DNA from: the human T2T-CHM13v2.0 reference genome, Homo sapiens
Reading direction: 5' to 3' (one strand)
DNA: 64,000 bases
NCBI RefSeq assembly: GCF_009914755.1
Contig: NC_060937.1
Below are positions 1 to 13,694 of this stretch, in pieces. Positions within the stretch are counted from its first letter, which is position 1. Every line of letters begins with the position of its first letter. The position numbers and the translations under genes are program-made. The notes under the pieces were generated by a model, which made no database searches, was not told the DNA's origin, and saw nothing but the letters and a program-made list of their open reading frames with translations.

Positions 1-559
1 AGAAAACTGGTGACTAGAAATGCCCAAGTCCTGCTCCAGGTCACATGGCTGGATTCCCTGTGCCCAGGGGAGGGCTTTCCCATGACCTCCACCCAGCCCC
101 ACAGTGGATCTCACACAAAGAAATGGGAGAAGAACAGATCTAACTGGGACAATCTGAGGACCCTCCCCACCATTGGTGTTAAGATTATGGACTTGGCCAT
201 GAACAGTCCCATCAGTCCCATCCTTGACTCCTGACACGTGTGCCAGAGACACTCTCCTCACACTCTAGCATTCTCCAAGTGATACCTGGACCATCAAGCC
301 AGGAGCCACTAATGATCATCTAATCCAAGAAGGGTATCTCCTCAGAACAAAACCCATCAGTCTCAGTAGCTGGGCATCCCTTGGCTAACTACTTAAATTC
401 CCTTGACCTAAATGATCAGACTCATCTCAGAGGATTGTTGAGAGTGTTGCAAAAAATGTACCTAAAAGTGTTCAGCATACAGCCTAGCGTATAAATGCAT
501 AGCAGATAATAAATATTATTTTTTGAACTCTTACCATTATTGGAGATGACAGTAAGAAT

Positions 560-700
560 AGGTAACATGTATGAGTGTACTCTGTGCCAGACATCATAAT
601 AAGCATCTTTCACTTCAATCTTTCCAACAAGACAATGAGGAAGGTGTTATTTACTCATTTTTCAGGTGAAGAGTCTGAAGCCAGAAAGGGTCAGGCTTGG
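560..700 (-). mobile_element. MIR SINE remnant
   Basis: Degenerate MIR core: ttatttactcatttttcaggtgaagagtctgaagccagaaagg. Confidence 0.5.
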
Positions 701-3147
701 GGGAAGGGAGACAGGGAGATTCTTCTGGACATTGCCTGGCACATAAGGTAGCACGTAGCTACATTAAAAAGAATGTACAGAAGCCTAGCTGTGTCTCCAT
801 AGCCATGTTGCTAAGACTTTGGCTGAATTGTTCACTACTAGACCCCTAGAGCCTAGCACAAGGTTTGGTGTATACTAGATGTTCTGCAAAGTTTCATTAA
901 TTTGTTGAGTGAGAAAATAATAAACACTGCCGTGTTCACATCATTATGTTGACCCAACAGACAATCTCAGGGACCCTTGGGCTGGTGTAGTCAATCACAA
1001 GGGCTATTTGTAGAGACAGCTCCCCGCTGTGAAGCCAAGGAGAATCCAACCATGAAGAGAGAGGAAATATTACTAAGCAGAAAATTAAAAACGATCCTAT
1101 TGGCTGTTGGCCTTGGCACTGTTTCTGAAGAAGCAAGTTCAGAAACATTTGGCAGTCCGTGTCATCGCCTCTCATAAACCCCAAGAATAAGGAAGGCATC
1201 AGAAATAAATTTTTGTTTTCTGATTAATTTTCTATAGAAAGGTTTTTGCCCACCAACAAGATACAAAGGGCAACTTAAAAGGCATGAGGTTATTAAAAAT
1301 CAATGCTAAATGTTGTCATCAGAGGGTTTGCTTATTTTGCTGTTATTAAAAATTCACACAAATTGGGCGAAACATTTTCAGCCTGAAAGAGATCTCGGAA
1401 AATGGCTTTCTTATCATTAAAATGCAAGCTAAGCAGAGTGATAGCAAATGATCTTTTCCTATGATCAGTTTTTCCTAATCTTGGGGTCAGAAAAATAAAT
1501 GTCAGAGGAAATAATAGACTTTATTTAATAAAATAAAATAAAAACAAAATGACCTGGCTATTAAAATGAAAACACAAAAAAAATGTCTGCTTGTGACTAT
1601 GTGAATAACTGAAGCTTCGTTTTAATAAAAATTTTTAAAAAGTTTTTCGACTCTTTTATTCTGATCAAAAAAGAAAAAGAAAAAGAAAAATCCCAAAGGT
1701 CCAAATCGCAACTCTATTTATCTATTGTAAACCAACAAGAGCCGACCATGTTGAGAGAGAAGACAGGAGAAGTGTTAGCTGTGGTGAATAGAGAATCCTT
1801 TAAAACAACACCGAAAAATATATTTTCTAAGAAAGCAAAGATCTCTGTTGCAGACATGTTTCTTAACCAAGATATAGCAATAGCTTCTTTAAAATCTACT
1901 TCTCATGTACTGACTAACCCATTCATTCCTAAAAAGTATTCCTTTCATATGACCATGTTTAGCTTAGTTCTCACTTTAAATTTAAACAAGGACTAATGGT
2001 ACTCCAAACTATTTGCTTTCTTTCAGTCTAACCCACTCCTTAAGGAAACGAGCAGGAGAGACATGTCCTGCAATGCCATGGCACGTGCGCACACCCCAGA
2101 ACACGGAGCAGTGCTTTCATGGTCGCCTGCCACGTCACACACTGGCACTGACAGAAATAGTAACAACACACCCTCTTTGAGACAGTGATTGCTTTAGATT
2201 TTTATACAACTTGTTTAAATAGAGGAAATCTAAATTTTTACCAAAGCAATTGCCCCCCTTCAGGAGGTGGGTTTTTTTTGGGGGGGTGGGGCAGGGTGTC
2301 AAAGAATGTTTAGTTCAGTACCTTTTCTAGAAGCCAGTACAGCTAAATCTATAACTTTCCTATTTTACATATTTGGTAATTAAAAACCAAGTGTGAAGAG
2401 CTTATGGATTTTATTCAACGATGACATATTTTTTTAGATTCTGTAATGGCCCATAAATTTGCATTAATGACCACCTGTTCCAGAAACCTTGGAAACAGGA
2501 GGCTGGAAGAACATCCGTGAGTTTTTATGTGTCTCGGATACCTGACTCTGGGCCAAGGTGGAGGCCTTGGAGGAGTAGAAAGGACTCTAGTGACTGGCTG
2601 ATTGTTACCATTTTTGGCCAAAAGAATAAGTCAGGCACCAGAATGTGTAACCAGGTAATGTAATTATGGTTAATGTAAATGTCACATTTTAAATCCTGTA
2701 GGAATTCACAATAGTTCAGGTTTTATAACTTTTTTTTTTTTTTTTTTTTTTTTTGGTGGGACCAGGAAACATGGAACTGACTTGCACGGGAGGTCAGACT
2801 GGCTTAATTTGTATTTCCTTTCAAAGTTGTGTGAGATACAAATATGCACCACAATGTACCCATCACTGTCTTCTTAAAAACTTGTAGGGAAACAAAAATA
2901 TGAGAAATTGCATCATATTTAAAAGCGCTAGAGGAACTGACTGTATAAAGGAAATTTTTTTGGATGGAGAGAATTATGTAAAGCCCAGCTCTAATGTAGA
3001 TCTAAAAACAAACAAACAACAATAACAACAAAAAAGACAGGCCTAAGAGGTGCTAAAAAATTGGGAGCCATTAATCTTATTGTCAATAAAGAAGTAACTC
3101 ATAAGCAAATAGCTCCTAATTTATCTCTTTTCTATGTTTAACCCATT

Positions 3148-3698
3148 AATACCATCCCCCATTATCTGCTCTTTCACTTTTTTGGTTTCAGTTACCCACA
3201 GCCAACTATAGCTTGAAAATATTAAATGGAAAATTCCAGAAATAAACAATGCATACGTTTTAAGTTTCCCACTGTTCTGAATATTGCAGTGAAATCTGGC
3301 ACCATCCCATTCAGTCCCACGAGGGACATGAATCATCTCTTTGTCCAGCGTCTCCACACTGTCTTCCCTCCCCTGGTGTGAGTCACTTGGTAGCCGCCTT
3401 GATTTTCAGATTCGTTGTTTTGGTGTTGAGGTGCTTATGTTCAAGGAACCCTTATATTTCTTAATAATGACCCAAAGGTACAAGAGGAGTGATTTTGGTT
3501 TATTGTTATAATTGTTGTATTTTATTCTTAGTTCTTGTTGTTAATCTCTTACTGTGCCTAATGTACATATTATACTTTCTCATAGTTATATATGTACAGA
3601 AAAAAACATAGCATATATAGGATTTGGTACTATCCACAGTTTCAGGCATATGCTGAGGGTCTTCGAACATACCCCCCAGGGCTAAGGGGGGACTACTG
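3148..3698 (+). mobile_element. MER44 (Tigger7-derived, MER44B-like) DNA transposon
   Basis: ggtttcagttaccc...gaaaatattaaatggaaaattccagaaataaacaat; right TIR ...ggggggactactg followed by TA. Confidence 0.85.
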
Positions 3699-4544
3699 TA
3701 ACAGTACGTCTTCTAGCAGAGGACTAAATTTTAGAACAACTGGAAGCACTGGCATTTGAAGTATGAGAAATAGTCAGGGCGAGGTGTTTATTTGTAGGGC
3801 AGTAACTCTACTAGATCAAAACCATGGCCTACATAATCTTATTTAGTCACACCTCATTTCCCCTGCAATGCTGGGAGACAGAAGAGACATCTGGGGAAAC
3901 CGAGGCTCAGATAGGTGATTCAAAGCCTAAATGCTAAAGCCAGTATTAAACCTTATTCTAAAAATCATTCCATTTATCCTTCTGAAGTTTCTGTGAGAAA
4001 AGGGTAAGGATGTACTGTGAACTCAGAAGTATTCCATGTTTACAGGTATAACTAAATTCATTTTTATTGTATCTGTTGTATTAATACTAGGGTATCAATA
4101 GGCACAAAATTCTCATGGAATCAGACACCAGACCACCTCATGATCACTGGAAGATGTTTCTTTTCTACATGTAATACTGAAGCTAAAAATTAGTTTCTGC
4201 TACTGAAAATATGTCGCTGTTGAACAAAAGGAGGCCGTTCTTTTGTTTGCTTTTTTTTTTTTTTTTGCAATATCACTTTACTGTGACCCAAGAACTTAAA
4301 AAAACAAGTTAATATTATCTTGTCATTCTGATATGTCCAGATAGTTAGATCTCTTTAAAGAACTTCTTGGACCCTTAAAGCTTGTTTTATGAACTATGGA
4401 ATAAAAATTCTGGTATTGACCTATTAACTCTTTTTTTCCAGTGTTTCAGGAAGTTTCTCTTCCTCCCAGGAATTAACAGGCTATCAACCAGACGCAATAG
4501 AAATAAGGATTTTGTGGACAAAAGCTGTGTGTTTTAAAAGTCAG

Positions 4545-4870
4545 CATATACCACAACATAGATAAATCTTGAGGGCATTATTCTAAGTGATATAAGCAAA
4601 TCACAAAAAGACAAATACTGCATAATTCCACTTATATGAGTTATGTAAAGTAGTCAAACTCATAGAGACAGTCAAATGGTAGTTGCCAGGAGGTTGGGGA
4701 AAAGGGAAATGAGTTGTTCAATGCATAGAGCCTTTTAGTCATGCAAGATGGAAAGTTCTAGAGATCTGTACAGCAATGTGCATAGAGTTAACAAGGCTGT
4801 ACTGTATGCTTAAAATTGTTAAGGGAGTAAATTTACGTTGGATATTTTTCACCACAATAAGTTAAAAAAA
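4545..4870 (+). mobile_element. Old L1 (L1MA/MB) 3' end fragment
   Basis: cttgagggcattattctaagtgatataagc...aaagacaaatactgcataattccacttatatgag...caccacaataag followed by an A-tail. Confidence 0.8.
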
Positions 4871-7010
4871 GAAAGACAGCATGATAAATCCTCAGGATAC
4901 CTGGGCACACCTTCTGAGAACAATGTTGAACTGGAGATCAAAGAGTGAGCTATAAAGCACTACACTCCAGTGGTTCTGATATTTCAAGACCATTTTGAAC
5001 TCACATCAGGTATAATGAACCAAGGACGGAATTTTTTAACAATCTCTGGGAGCGTCTCTCACAGTTCAACAGGACATTTCAGAATATCCATTCCACAAGC
5101 ATTCTCCAAAAAAAAGAAAAAAGTACTAACTTTGATTTGTTGCTAAATGCCTACCATCCTCATTGAGCGGCCTTACTTTACCAGGGCCAATTGATCCCTA
5201 AGGCTCTGCAGTGTTCCTAGGGAACCTTGATAAACATTATTACCTTGAGCCACAGGGGACATACAAATGAGAAACACTAATTTCTATTTGCAAGAAACTC
5301 TGATTAGCAAATGAGGTAGTAGAGTACACATGGATATTTCCTGATTATTTCTCTACCCTATGCCAAAAAATTTTCTGGGACACCAAGACTCAAAAACTTA
5401 AATTTACATATTCAAGCTCTCTGAAAAATGTTATACAGCATCCTACCTCCTAATGATTCTTTGAAAATCTACACTGGTCCTTCAACTCTTTGGGTAAAAT
5501 TGAATCCTTGGGAGAAAGCAGTGATAGTGGCACACAATCATATTAAAACATGTAGAACCAGTCAATTAGTTGCAGATTTGAGATGTTAATAAGATCAGAG
5601 ATTCGCTGAGAATATTGAAGCTAGAAGACACCTTTGAGGTCACCTTGTCCAATGTCTCCATTACACAGGTGACGAAACTGAGACCCTGAGAACTCTTCTT
5701 GTCCAGTATTAATAACAACTAAAGAAGGGATTAATTTCTGCCAAAGTGTTTACGTTAGCTCAACTGTAGTAGCCCCTGGCTGCTTCTTATTAAACTATTA
5801 GTTTGGCCTGAAATTTTTCTTGGTTCCTGTTTATGGGGGAGTTTAATAACTGCTATCTGCAGTAATAAGAGATATAATAATGTTTATCTTCTTATTTCCT
5901 CTGAGGATCTTGGAATGTGTTTCATCATTAATTAAAGAATCCTCTGAGTCCCCCTATTAGATAAATATTATTAGCCCCATTTATAAAGAAAATGAAATTC
6001 TGAGAGATTAGTTGACGGAGCAGCAGCATACCCTGAGTTAATGTTTACAGTGGATGTTCTATAAACCTGTAATCAGCAGGAACTTTGTGATTTCCTCTGC
6101 AAGTATTTTAGTCCTTGAACTAAAACTCAGAAGTCGATATTCAGCTATTGCTTTGGACAAGAATTGTGTTAAGAGACAGGAACTAAATATTAAGACTAGG
6201 GGGCTTCCAGGTGTATGAGACAGTGCCTGTTTTCAGAACATGTAGAGACATCAAGACAATTGCATAAAATGCTAAAATATCAGGTAAAAATCTGTATTCT
6301 AAAAGAAATGCTATGAAGATTGAAGGGAGTAAGAATATAAACCAAGGTGAGGCGATCAGGGAAAACTTTAAAATGAAAGTAACTTTGAGCTGGTTATTTA
6401 AAGATACAAAATATACCAGTGGTTAGATTTTGGGGCATTCTTTCATTCATTCTACAAGTATTTCCTTTATTTTCACTTCTTCCTTCTGTAAGTATTTCCT
6501 GAGAACATACTACAGGGTGTCATCTAAACTCTGAGGTAGAAAAAGTGAGGCAGAGAAGGCAAGAATGGAGACAGAGTTCCTCTAACATCCTTGCTTTCCC
6601 CCAGGGATATGCAAAGAAAAGCAGAAAGCTTTTTTTTTTTTTTTCTCCTGAAAATTTTGGGCATGTAAATAGCCTCAGGCATGTCAAAAACTAGTGAAAA
6701 ATGAAACTTGACAAGAAGGTTGGAAGCACCTTGTTCACAGGCCTTAAAGGCAAGGAGTCAAGTCATATTGCTCCAAGAGTAATAAACAGGAGGTTAAAAG
6801 GACAGGAAACAAGATGCAAGAAGTTAGTGGTTGGCTTTGCTGCCTGGGTAGCAGGATGAGAACTTGTTCCATTATCAGCTGCAGAGGGGCAGGACAAGAA
6901 GTGAGCTGAGGTAGAAAAAGACTACAGAAATGGATTAAAATGGAATTGGTACAGAGAAGAGCACTAGGAAAAAGAACCCAATGAATGAAGCAAGGCTTTT
7001 CAAGTGCCTG

Positions 7011-7110
7011 TTTTTTCTTCTTTCCCCCTTTCTTCCTCCCTTCCTTCCTTCTTTCTTTTCTCCATCCTTCCCTTCCTTTCTTCCTTCTCCTCTTCCTTCC
7101 ATTCTTCCCA
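7011..7110. repeat. (CCTT/CT)-rich polypyrimidine low-complexity tract
   Basis: Seen directly; it abuts the 3' end of an L2. Confidence 0.85.
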
Positions 7111-8470
7111 CCTGTAAATACTTACTGAGTGCCTCCTTTATGACAACTACACCTGTGAAAAACAGCAGATCTTAGACAACAAATAAACAGATAAATAATT
7201 AACACATTCAACAGCGGTAAGGTCTCTTTGTAGGTGGGTGGCAGCTTGGATTGGATAGGTAGCAAGGAGCTTTCTGAGAAGGTGATAGCTAAGTGAAATG
7301 TAAATGACAAGGAGCCACTCATTGAACAAGGAGACGAAGAGCATTTGCCCTACACAGAGGAACCATATGGTGCAGAGGCCCCAATGTGGGGGCAAGCTAG
7401 GAGTGTCTCCATAACAGAACGAAGGCTGGTGTAGTGAACTAGAGTAGAAAAAGGAGATTGTGAATAAAAAAACGTAGGTGGGCTGGATCGTGCAGGGTTT
7501 GTAAGCCAGCAGGATTTGTAAGCCAGGGTTATAATGGGAAGCCATTGGAGGGTTTCAGGCAGTGGTGTGAACATGACCTGATTTACATTTCTAAAATAGC
7601 AGTCTAGATGTTGCAGAATAATGAGCAAAAATGAAAACAAGGAGCTGAGAAGAGATGCTCTTGCAGTATTCCAGGCAAGAGATTATGCTGGCTCGAACTA
7701 AGGAGGTAATCATAGTGATGAAGAGAAGTGAACAGATGCAGGATAGTTTTTGGAAGAGGAATTAGTAGAACTGGAAGATGGATTTCCTGTGAAGGTTGAG
7801 GAGAGCAACGAGGTAGATAAACATGCCATTTACCAAGATGGAGGAAGACTGAGGGAGGATCTTCGGGGGATAGAAATAAAGATTCCTTTTTTGTCCATTT
7901 TAAATTGGAGACGGCTTTTAGATGTCCTTCTATTAATGTCAAGTGGGCATTGGATAAATAGTTCTGGAGTTCGAGGAGAGATCACAAGTAGAAATCTGGA
8001 TTGGGGAATCATTAGCATAAAGACTATATTTAAGGTCAAGGGTCTGGATGAGATCCCCTCAGAGAGCCTATAGCTAGAAGAGATAATGAGGTCAAGGACA
8101 GAGCCCTTGTGTGCTCCACATTCTGAATTTGCTTAGAAGCTGGAGAAAAAAGTAGACTGCACATGAGACCAGAGGTGGAAGAAACACAGGATACATGGTC
8201 ACCATTGTCTTATTAGATAGAAGGGCACAGTGGGCTTTCACCACGAGGACTAAGGGAGTAGAGTTACTCCATTGGAGGGCACGTTGGCCACTACAGAATT
8301 CACCTGGAGGACTCAGACACAGGATAAGTCCCTGAATTTAACAATTATAAGAAGTCTTTTGAGAAAGCAGTTCAATCATATGCTGAATTTTGAAGCCAGA
8401 TTTTAGGGAGCTTTGGGAATAAGCACCGTGTGAGAAAGTAGAAGCAAAAGATATAAGCGAGGGTCTCCCA
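7111..8470 (-). mobile_element. L2 LINE remnant
   Basis: Starts ttactgagtgcctcc; L2-like ggaagccattggagggtttcaggcag...gacctgatttacatttc and gatgagatcccc. Confidence 0.7.
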
Positions 8471-10224
8471 CAGTTTGGGGCTGACACATGGCAGTGAGGG
8501 CGATCCCCACTTAAGGAGAGATGGGTTGAGAAAGGATTAGACTAAAACATGCTTGTAGAGGTAAAGAAAGGAGATTGGGAGAATCTCGATATAAATAAAA
8601 CTGGGGACGACAGATAAACGTAGATTGCTGAGAAGCTGGGAGGGGTGACTGGAGCAAGGCTGGAAAGCAGAACACAACTTAAAAGGTGGGAAAATGCCTT
8701 TTGCAAAGATCATTCATAATGCTATAGTTTAGCCTATGTTTGGCTAAAATAAAGATTGTTTTCACACATTTTACTGCTCTTAAGTTAATAACGTGAATAC
8801 AACGCAAAACATTTATCACACACCAGATTTTACTAGCTTACAATGTAAGTGGTGGAAGATCTGGGAACAGATTTCAGAATAATTTCATGCCTAGATTCTT
8901 CCTCTACCTGTTTCCTCATTTAGGGGGCCCTTCTCGGTTTAATTGTCTCCAGCTGATGATCAATTAAGCAAACTGATTGCAGTTGCATTTGATGGCAGAA
9001 CAGCATTGTGAAAAAAACATCATGTTGGAATCTAAGCTATGAAGGGAAAGGTACTAGACAACCCACAGTGTGTCATTGTCACGAGCAAAGGAGGAGTCAT
9101 TTCCTCTCTACTCCCACACATGTGGTTAAATAATTTGTATTTGAGCATAACTGTTTTTCTGTGACAACTGGAATAGACACCGTCATTGTTAAGAATAATC
9201 AAGTCAAGGAAAAATGTAGAGCACCACATGTAGATGATTCTTGGAATGATTTTAGTAGGAAATAGAGGATTTTTAAAACTTTTTTTAAAAATTTCTCATT
9301 TTAGATACATTTTAGGGCAAACATTTCAGGTATAGAAAATAAATGCTTCAAAGCACTCTCGGCATTAGAGTCATTATTGATGAAGTCATTATGTGAATTA
9401 TGAATTTATTCTTGCGAAATGATAGTTTCCTGGGAATCTTACCTCCAAGTTAGGAAAGGCCAAAGTTAAGCGTTGCCTTGCTAGTTTAAGCCAGTTGTTT
9501 AGGAATTCTATACAATATCTAGAAACAAAAAGCTAAACATTTTAAGGTATTAAGGCGAGAGTGTTCGGCTCTCAATCCACTCAGCTTCCCTCTTGGAAGA
9601 TCAGCTCTATTCGCCTTTCAAGTGTCATTTGTGGGGAGATGTGTTGTGCAAAGGAGACTCCTGGGACCAATGGACCCAGTTTTCCTTAGGAAGTGATGCT
9701 CACCTACTTTAAAACAGCACTGAATGGAAAATCAATCTTGAAGGCTGAGAGTGAAGCTGAGAGCTTAAACTTGACTCTAGGTATTTGAGGGTGTTCATAG
9801 AAAGGGGCCAGCTAATAGCAGAGAGGCATATTTTTGTAAACTGAAGTAGGATGGACCCTCTGGGATCATGAATTACAAAAAAAGTTCCCCCTCTCCTGCC
9901 ACACTGAAGGGTACAGAACCCAGCTAGCAGAAACTGGGCTGGATTTCACCCCCTCCTCACCTTTGCACAGTACATGAACAGCACAGCCATAGGCAACCGC
10001 CCTGGGGCTGACTCTGAGCTCCTCTGGGTAAAGAAGAATGCTGCCTCCTCAGAATCAAACACACAGTATTTGATTACTTTATCAATTTTATGGAACTTGG
10101 CATCCTCCAGACACATATTCATAATCAGATTAATATTTTTACCCGAGAGGGCCTCCTTGTCTCCTTCTGGAGACACTCAATGGCCTTAAGGTCTAAAGCC
10201 GTAAGGATAAAAGGAGTGGTCATG

Positions 10225-10680
10225 GATTAATTCATTCATTTAAAAAATAATGATTGAGTGCCTGCTTTTTGCCAGTCACAGCTGTAGAAGTTGGAGAAAC
10301 AACAGCAACAATGAAAGCAAATCCTTATCCTCTTGGAGTAGATATTCCAGTGTTGGGAGACAGAAAGTAAATAAAATAAAATAAAATAAAATAAATAAAA
10401 GTCATACAGGTAGTATTTCAGAGAGTGATGAATGCACCAGAGGGGAACAGAGCAGTGAACAGCCTAAGAGTGTGGGGGCACAGCAGTGAGGCCAGTGCTG
10501 CAGGTGCCGTATAAGCATGAAGGAGAGAGCAGAAGGTGGAATTACAGAGGAAGCAGGTCTTTTAGGCACCTGCAGGAATGGTTTTCCTTTGGGCCAGCTG
10601 GGAAGCTCCTGAGGGTATATTGCACAAGGGAAGGACTTGACTAGGTTGACGTCATATTCTTGCTCTTGAGCTGAGTCCAC
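10225..10680 (-). mobile_element. L2 remnant containing (TAAAA)n at ~10368-10400
   Basis: ttcattcatt...attgagtgcctgc is the L2 3' end in reverse. Confidence 0.6.
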
Positions 10681-10711
10681 CATACTTGGGAAATGGCAGG
10701 ATGAACAATGA

Positions 10712-11067
10712 TGGTACTTGAGCTGCATGTTTGTGTGTCCCCAAAATTCATACTAATCCCCCATGGGATGGTATTAGAAGGTGGAGCTTTTGAGATGTAA
10801 TTAGGTTTAGATGTGGTCATGAGGATGGAGCCCCCAGGATGGCACTGGTGTCCTTAAAAGAGACTAGAGTGCAATCTCTTGGTCACGTGAGGATACAAAG
10901 AGAAGATAGCTGCCTACAAGCCAGGGAAAGGTCCTCAGCAGACAGAAGATCTGCCATCACCTTGATCTCAGACTTCCCAGCCTCTAGAACCACAATAAAC
11001 AAACATTTGTTATTCAAGCCACCTACTTTATGGTATTCTATTCTAGCAGCCTGAACTGACTAAGACA
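10712..11067 (+). mobile_element. MLT1A-type MaLR solo LTR
   Basis: gtgtccccaaaattcata...ggtattagaaggtggagc...gacttcccagcctctagaac...gcagcctgaactgactaagaca. Confidence 0.85.
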
Positions 11068-11627
11068 CTATGGCTTGGAAACTGATTGTCGGCTTTTTTT
11101 GGAATCTGAAAATTGGATTGCATGGCTTTCTGGCATACATTTTTGGTCTTAAGGAAGTCCTGCCTCCATGAGACTGATGATCTTATGGGATTCATTATAC
11201 ATATTTTCACATTTGTAGTGTATATATAATCTAGATGAGTTTTCAGATGCCACATATCTGTGAGCAGAAAAATGGTAATCTTGTCATTGCACAGTGCAGA
11301 GATGGTGACAGCAGGTTCTGCATTTTTGTAAATGTCTGGAATTAGCCATCAAAGATGGCCAGAGACTGGTTGTACCCAGAAGCTAAAACAGAAAAAGGAG
11401 GGGGCTAGGTTGCCTTGTTTCTACTCTATCTGTATTAACTTCCAAAGAGTAAAAGAAATATGACCAGGCAATGTGAAGAAAACCCTTTTAGATCCCTTCT
11501 CAGTGTAAGACAGATTTTGGCTTTATCTCTACCCCTAAATGTGAATGAGTGACTTGAAATGTTGATCACAAATTCTAGACAACGAGATGTAATTTCCTGA
11601 CCCCTAAGTCTTTGCTTCCTGAATTTC

Positions 11628-12295
11628 TTTTTTTTTCTTTTTAATGTATTTTTATTCTTTTTTTATTATTATTATGCTTTAAGTTTTAGGGTACATGTGC
11701 ACAACGTGCAGGTTTGTTACATATGTATACATGTGCCATGTTGCTGTGCTGCACCCATTAACTCGTCATTTACATTAGGTATATCTCCTAATGCTATCCC
11801 TCCCCACTCCCCCCACCCCACAACAGGCCCCGGTGTGTGATGTTCCCCTTCCTGTGTCCAAGTGTTCTCATTATTCAATCCCCACCTATGAGTGAGAACA
11901 TGCGGTGTTTGGTTTTTTGTCCTTGCGATAGTTTACTGAGAATGATGGTTTCCAGCTTCATCCATGTCCCTACAAAGGACATGAAGTCATCCTTTTTTAT
12001 GGCTGAATATAGGAACACTTTTACACTGTTGGTGGGACTGTAAACTAGTTCAATCATTATGGAAGTCAGTGTGGCGATTCCTCAGGGATCTAGAACTAGA
12101 AATGCCATTTGACCCAGCCATCCCAGTACTGAGTATATACCCAAAGGATTATAAATCATGCTGCTATAAAGACACATGCACACGTATGTTTATTGTGGCA
12201 CTATTCACAATAGCAAAGACTTGGAACCAACCCAAATGTCCATCAATGATAGACTGGATTAAGAAAATGTGGCACATATACACCATGGAATACTA
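11628..12295 (-). mobile_element. 5'-truncated L1PA with 5' inversion (11628-~12005 minus, ~12006-12295 plus)
   Basis: Poly-T plus L1PA 3'UTR in reverse, then the sense ORF2 end; 15-bp TSD tgcttcctgaatttc at 11613-11627 and 12296-12310. Confidence 0.93.
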
Positions 12296-13694
12296 TGCTT
12301 CCTGAATTTCAAGCAGAAATCAGACCATTCATTTTCAGCAGCCTTAATGTGATGCACACTAAAGCTGGCTCCTGTGTTTAGGGATTACAGTGGGTTGGAT
12401 TCCTTCACAAAAGTAGCCATTAGTCAAGACTAAAATGAGTGAAATCTGGAAGGAGTTAATTACAAGTGATCATTTTGTGGGGTTGTGATTCATATAACAC
12501 AATTTCATTTGACACTAGGAGAAAGAACTCTGAAAGAGTGGTTGGAAGATTTAATAGCAATATTTTACACAGTCTGTTGGGTTTGTAGTATGTAAGTTTC
12601 CAAGAAGCTACACAAAATCCTATTGGTTTGTGTCATATACCTTTATTTAACTTTAGAAGGAATCATAATCCATGCTAACTAAATCTAAAAAAAAAAAAAA
12701 GTACCACTTGTGGAATGCCCAGGCACATTTCAACTACATGAGTTTTAATTGTCAGAGGATTATATATCCAAGAGAATTGATCTCCATATACAGCTGACAG
12801 TGCCATGGCTATTAATGATGGAATGACATCTTTGGAAAGCCCTGCCTTCATCTCTTCCAGGGATGCTTTATCTTATATTTCCATATCAATTTCTGTGGTT
12901 AGCACCTTTATGCTAACTTGAAAACAAATCACATGTAAAATAAAATTAGAATGACTAATACTGATTTAAAATAAAGCAACCCTGTTTTTCAGTTTCAACA
13001 GGCCTTACATCTACAAATCTGCCACCAAATTTTAAAATTATGTACATTCTCAGGGAAAACTAAGGACTGGCAGTGAATTGGAACAAGACTGAGATGATGT
13101 CTTTTGTGTACTGTAACACTTCAAAATCATTGCTTCCAGAAAAAAAATCACAGAGGCTTTTAATATTCATAAAGATAGAAACAGGTGTTTGAACAGAACT
13201 TGAGCCACCTTTGACAGGAGCACAATCAGTTTGTCTGAAAGGGTCTTCATTTTCCCTGTCACTCACTGGCAGGACTGGGAACATCAAAACAGTTATACTC
13301 CTGAGCTTTCACTACCTGTTTCAAAGGATTATACTTGACATTTCTAATTTTTCCCCAATCATTAAACTCTGTCCTCCCCCTTTTAAAACTGCATGATTTT
13401 GTTAGAAAATCAAAGCAGGCAGAAGAATACATTAGTGCTCAATCCTCATGGACTCTGTGCTGACCTCATTGCTTTTTATGTCTACCAGTAGACCACACAA
13501 ACTATTTTTGGTTCATCATTTATCCTGTGCAGACAGATAGCTGCTAGTCTACCTCAGAACACTATTTAGCCAGATGAGGGTAAGTAACAAACTGCATTTT
13601 AGATGTAAATGCTGTGCCATGTAGGCTGGACAGGATGCTTTCTCTTTCTTTGCCTCAGTTTCCTTCTCACTTTGCAGAGAGGTAAAGCTGCCCC

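Noticed and set aside
2247-2292. CTCF-like and G-run motifs
   Set aside because: Imperfect match; cannot be supported from sequence alone.
6981-8073. Cluster of overlapping ORFs and a polypyrimidine tract
   Set aside because: Low-complexity tract and decayed L2; no recognisable protein.
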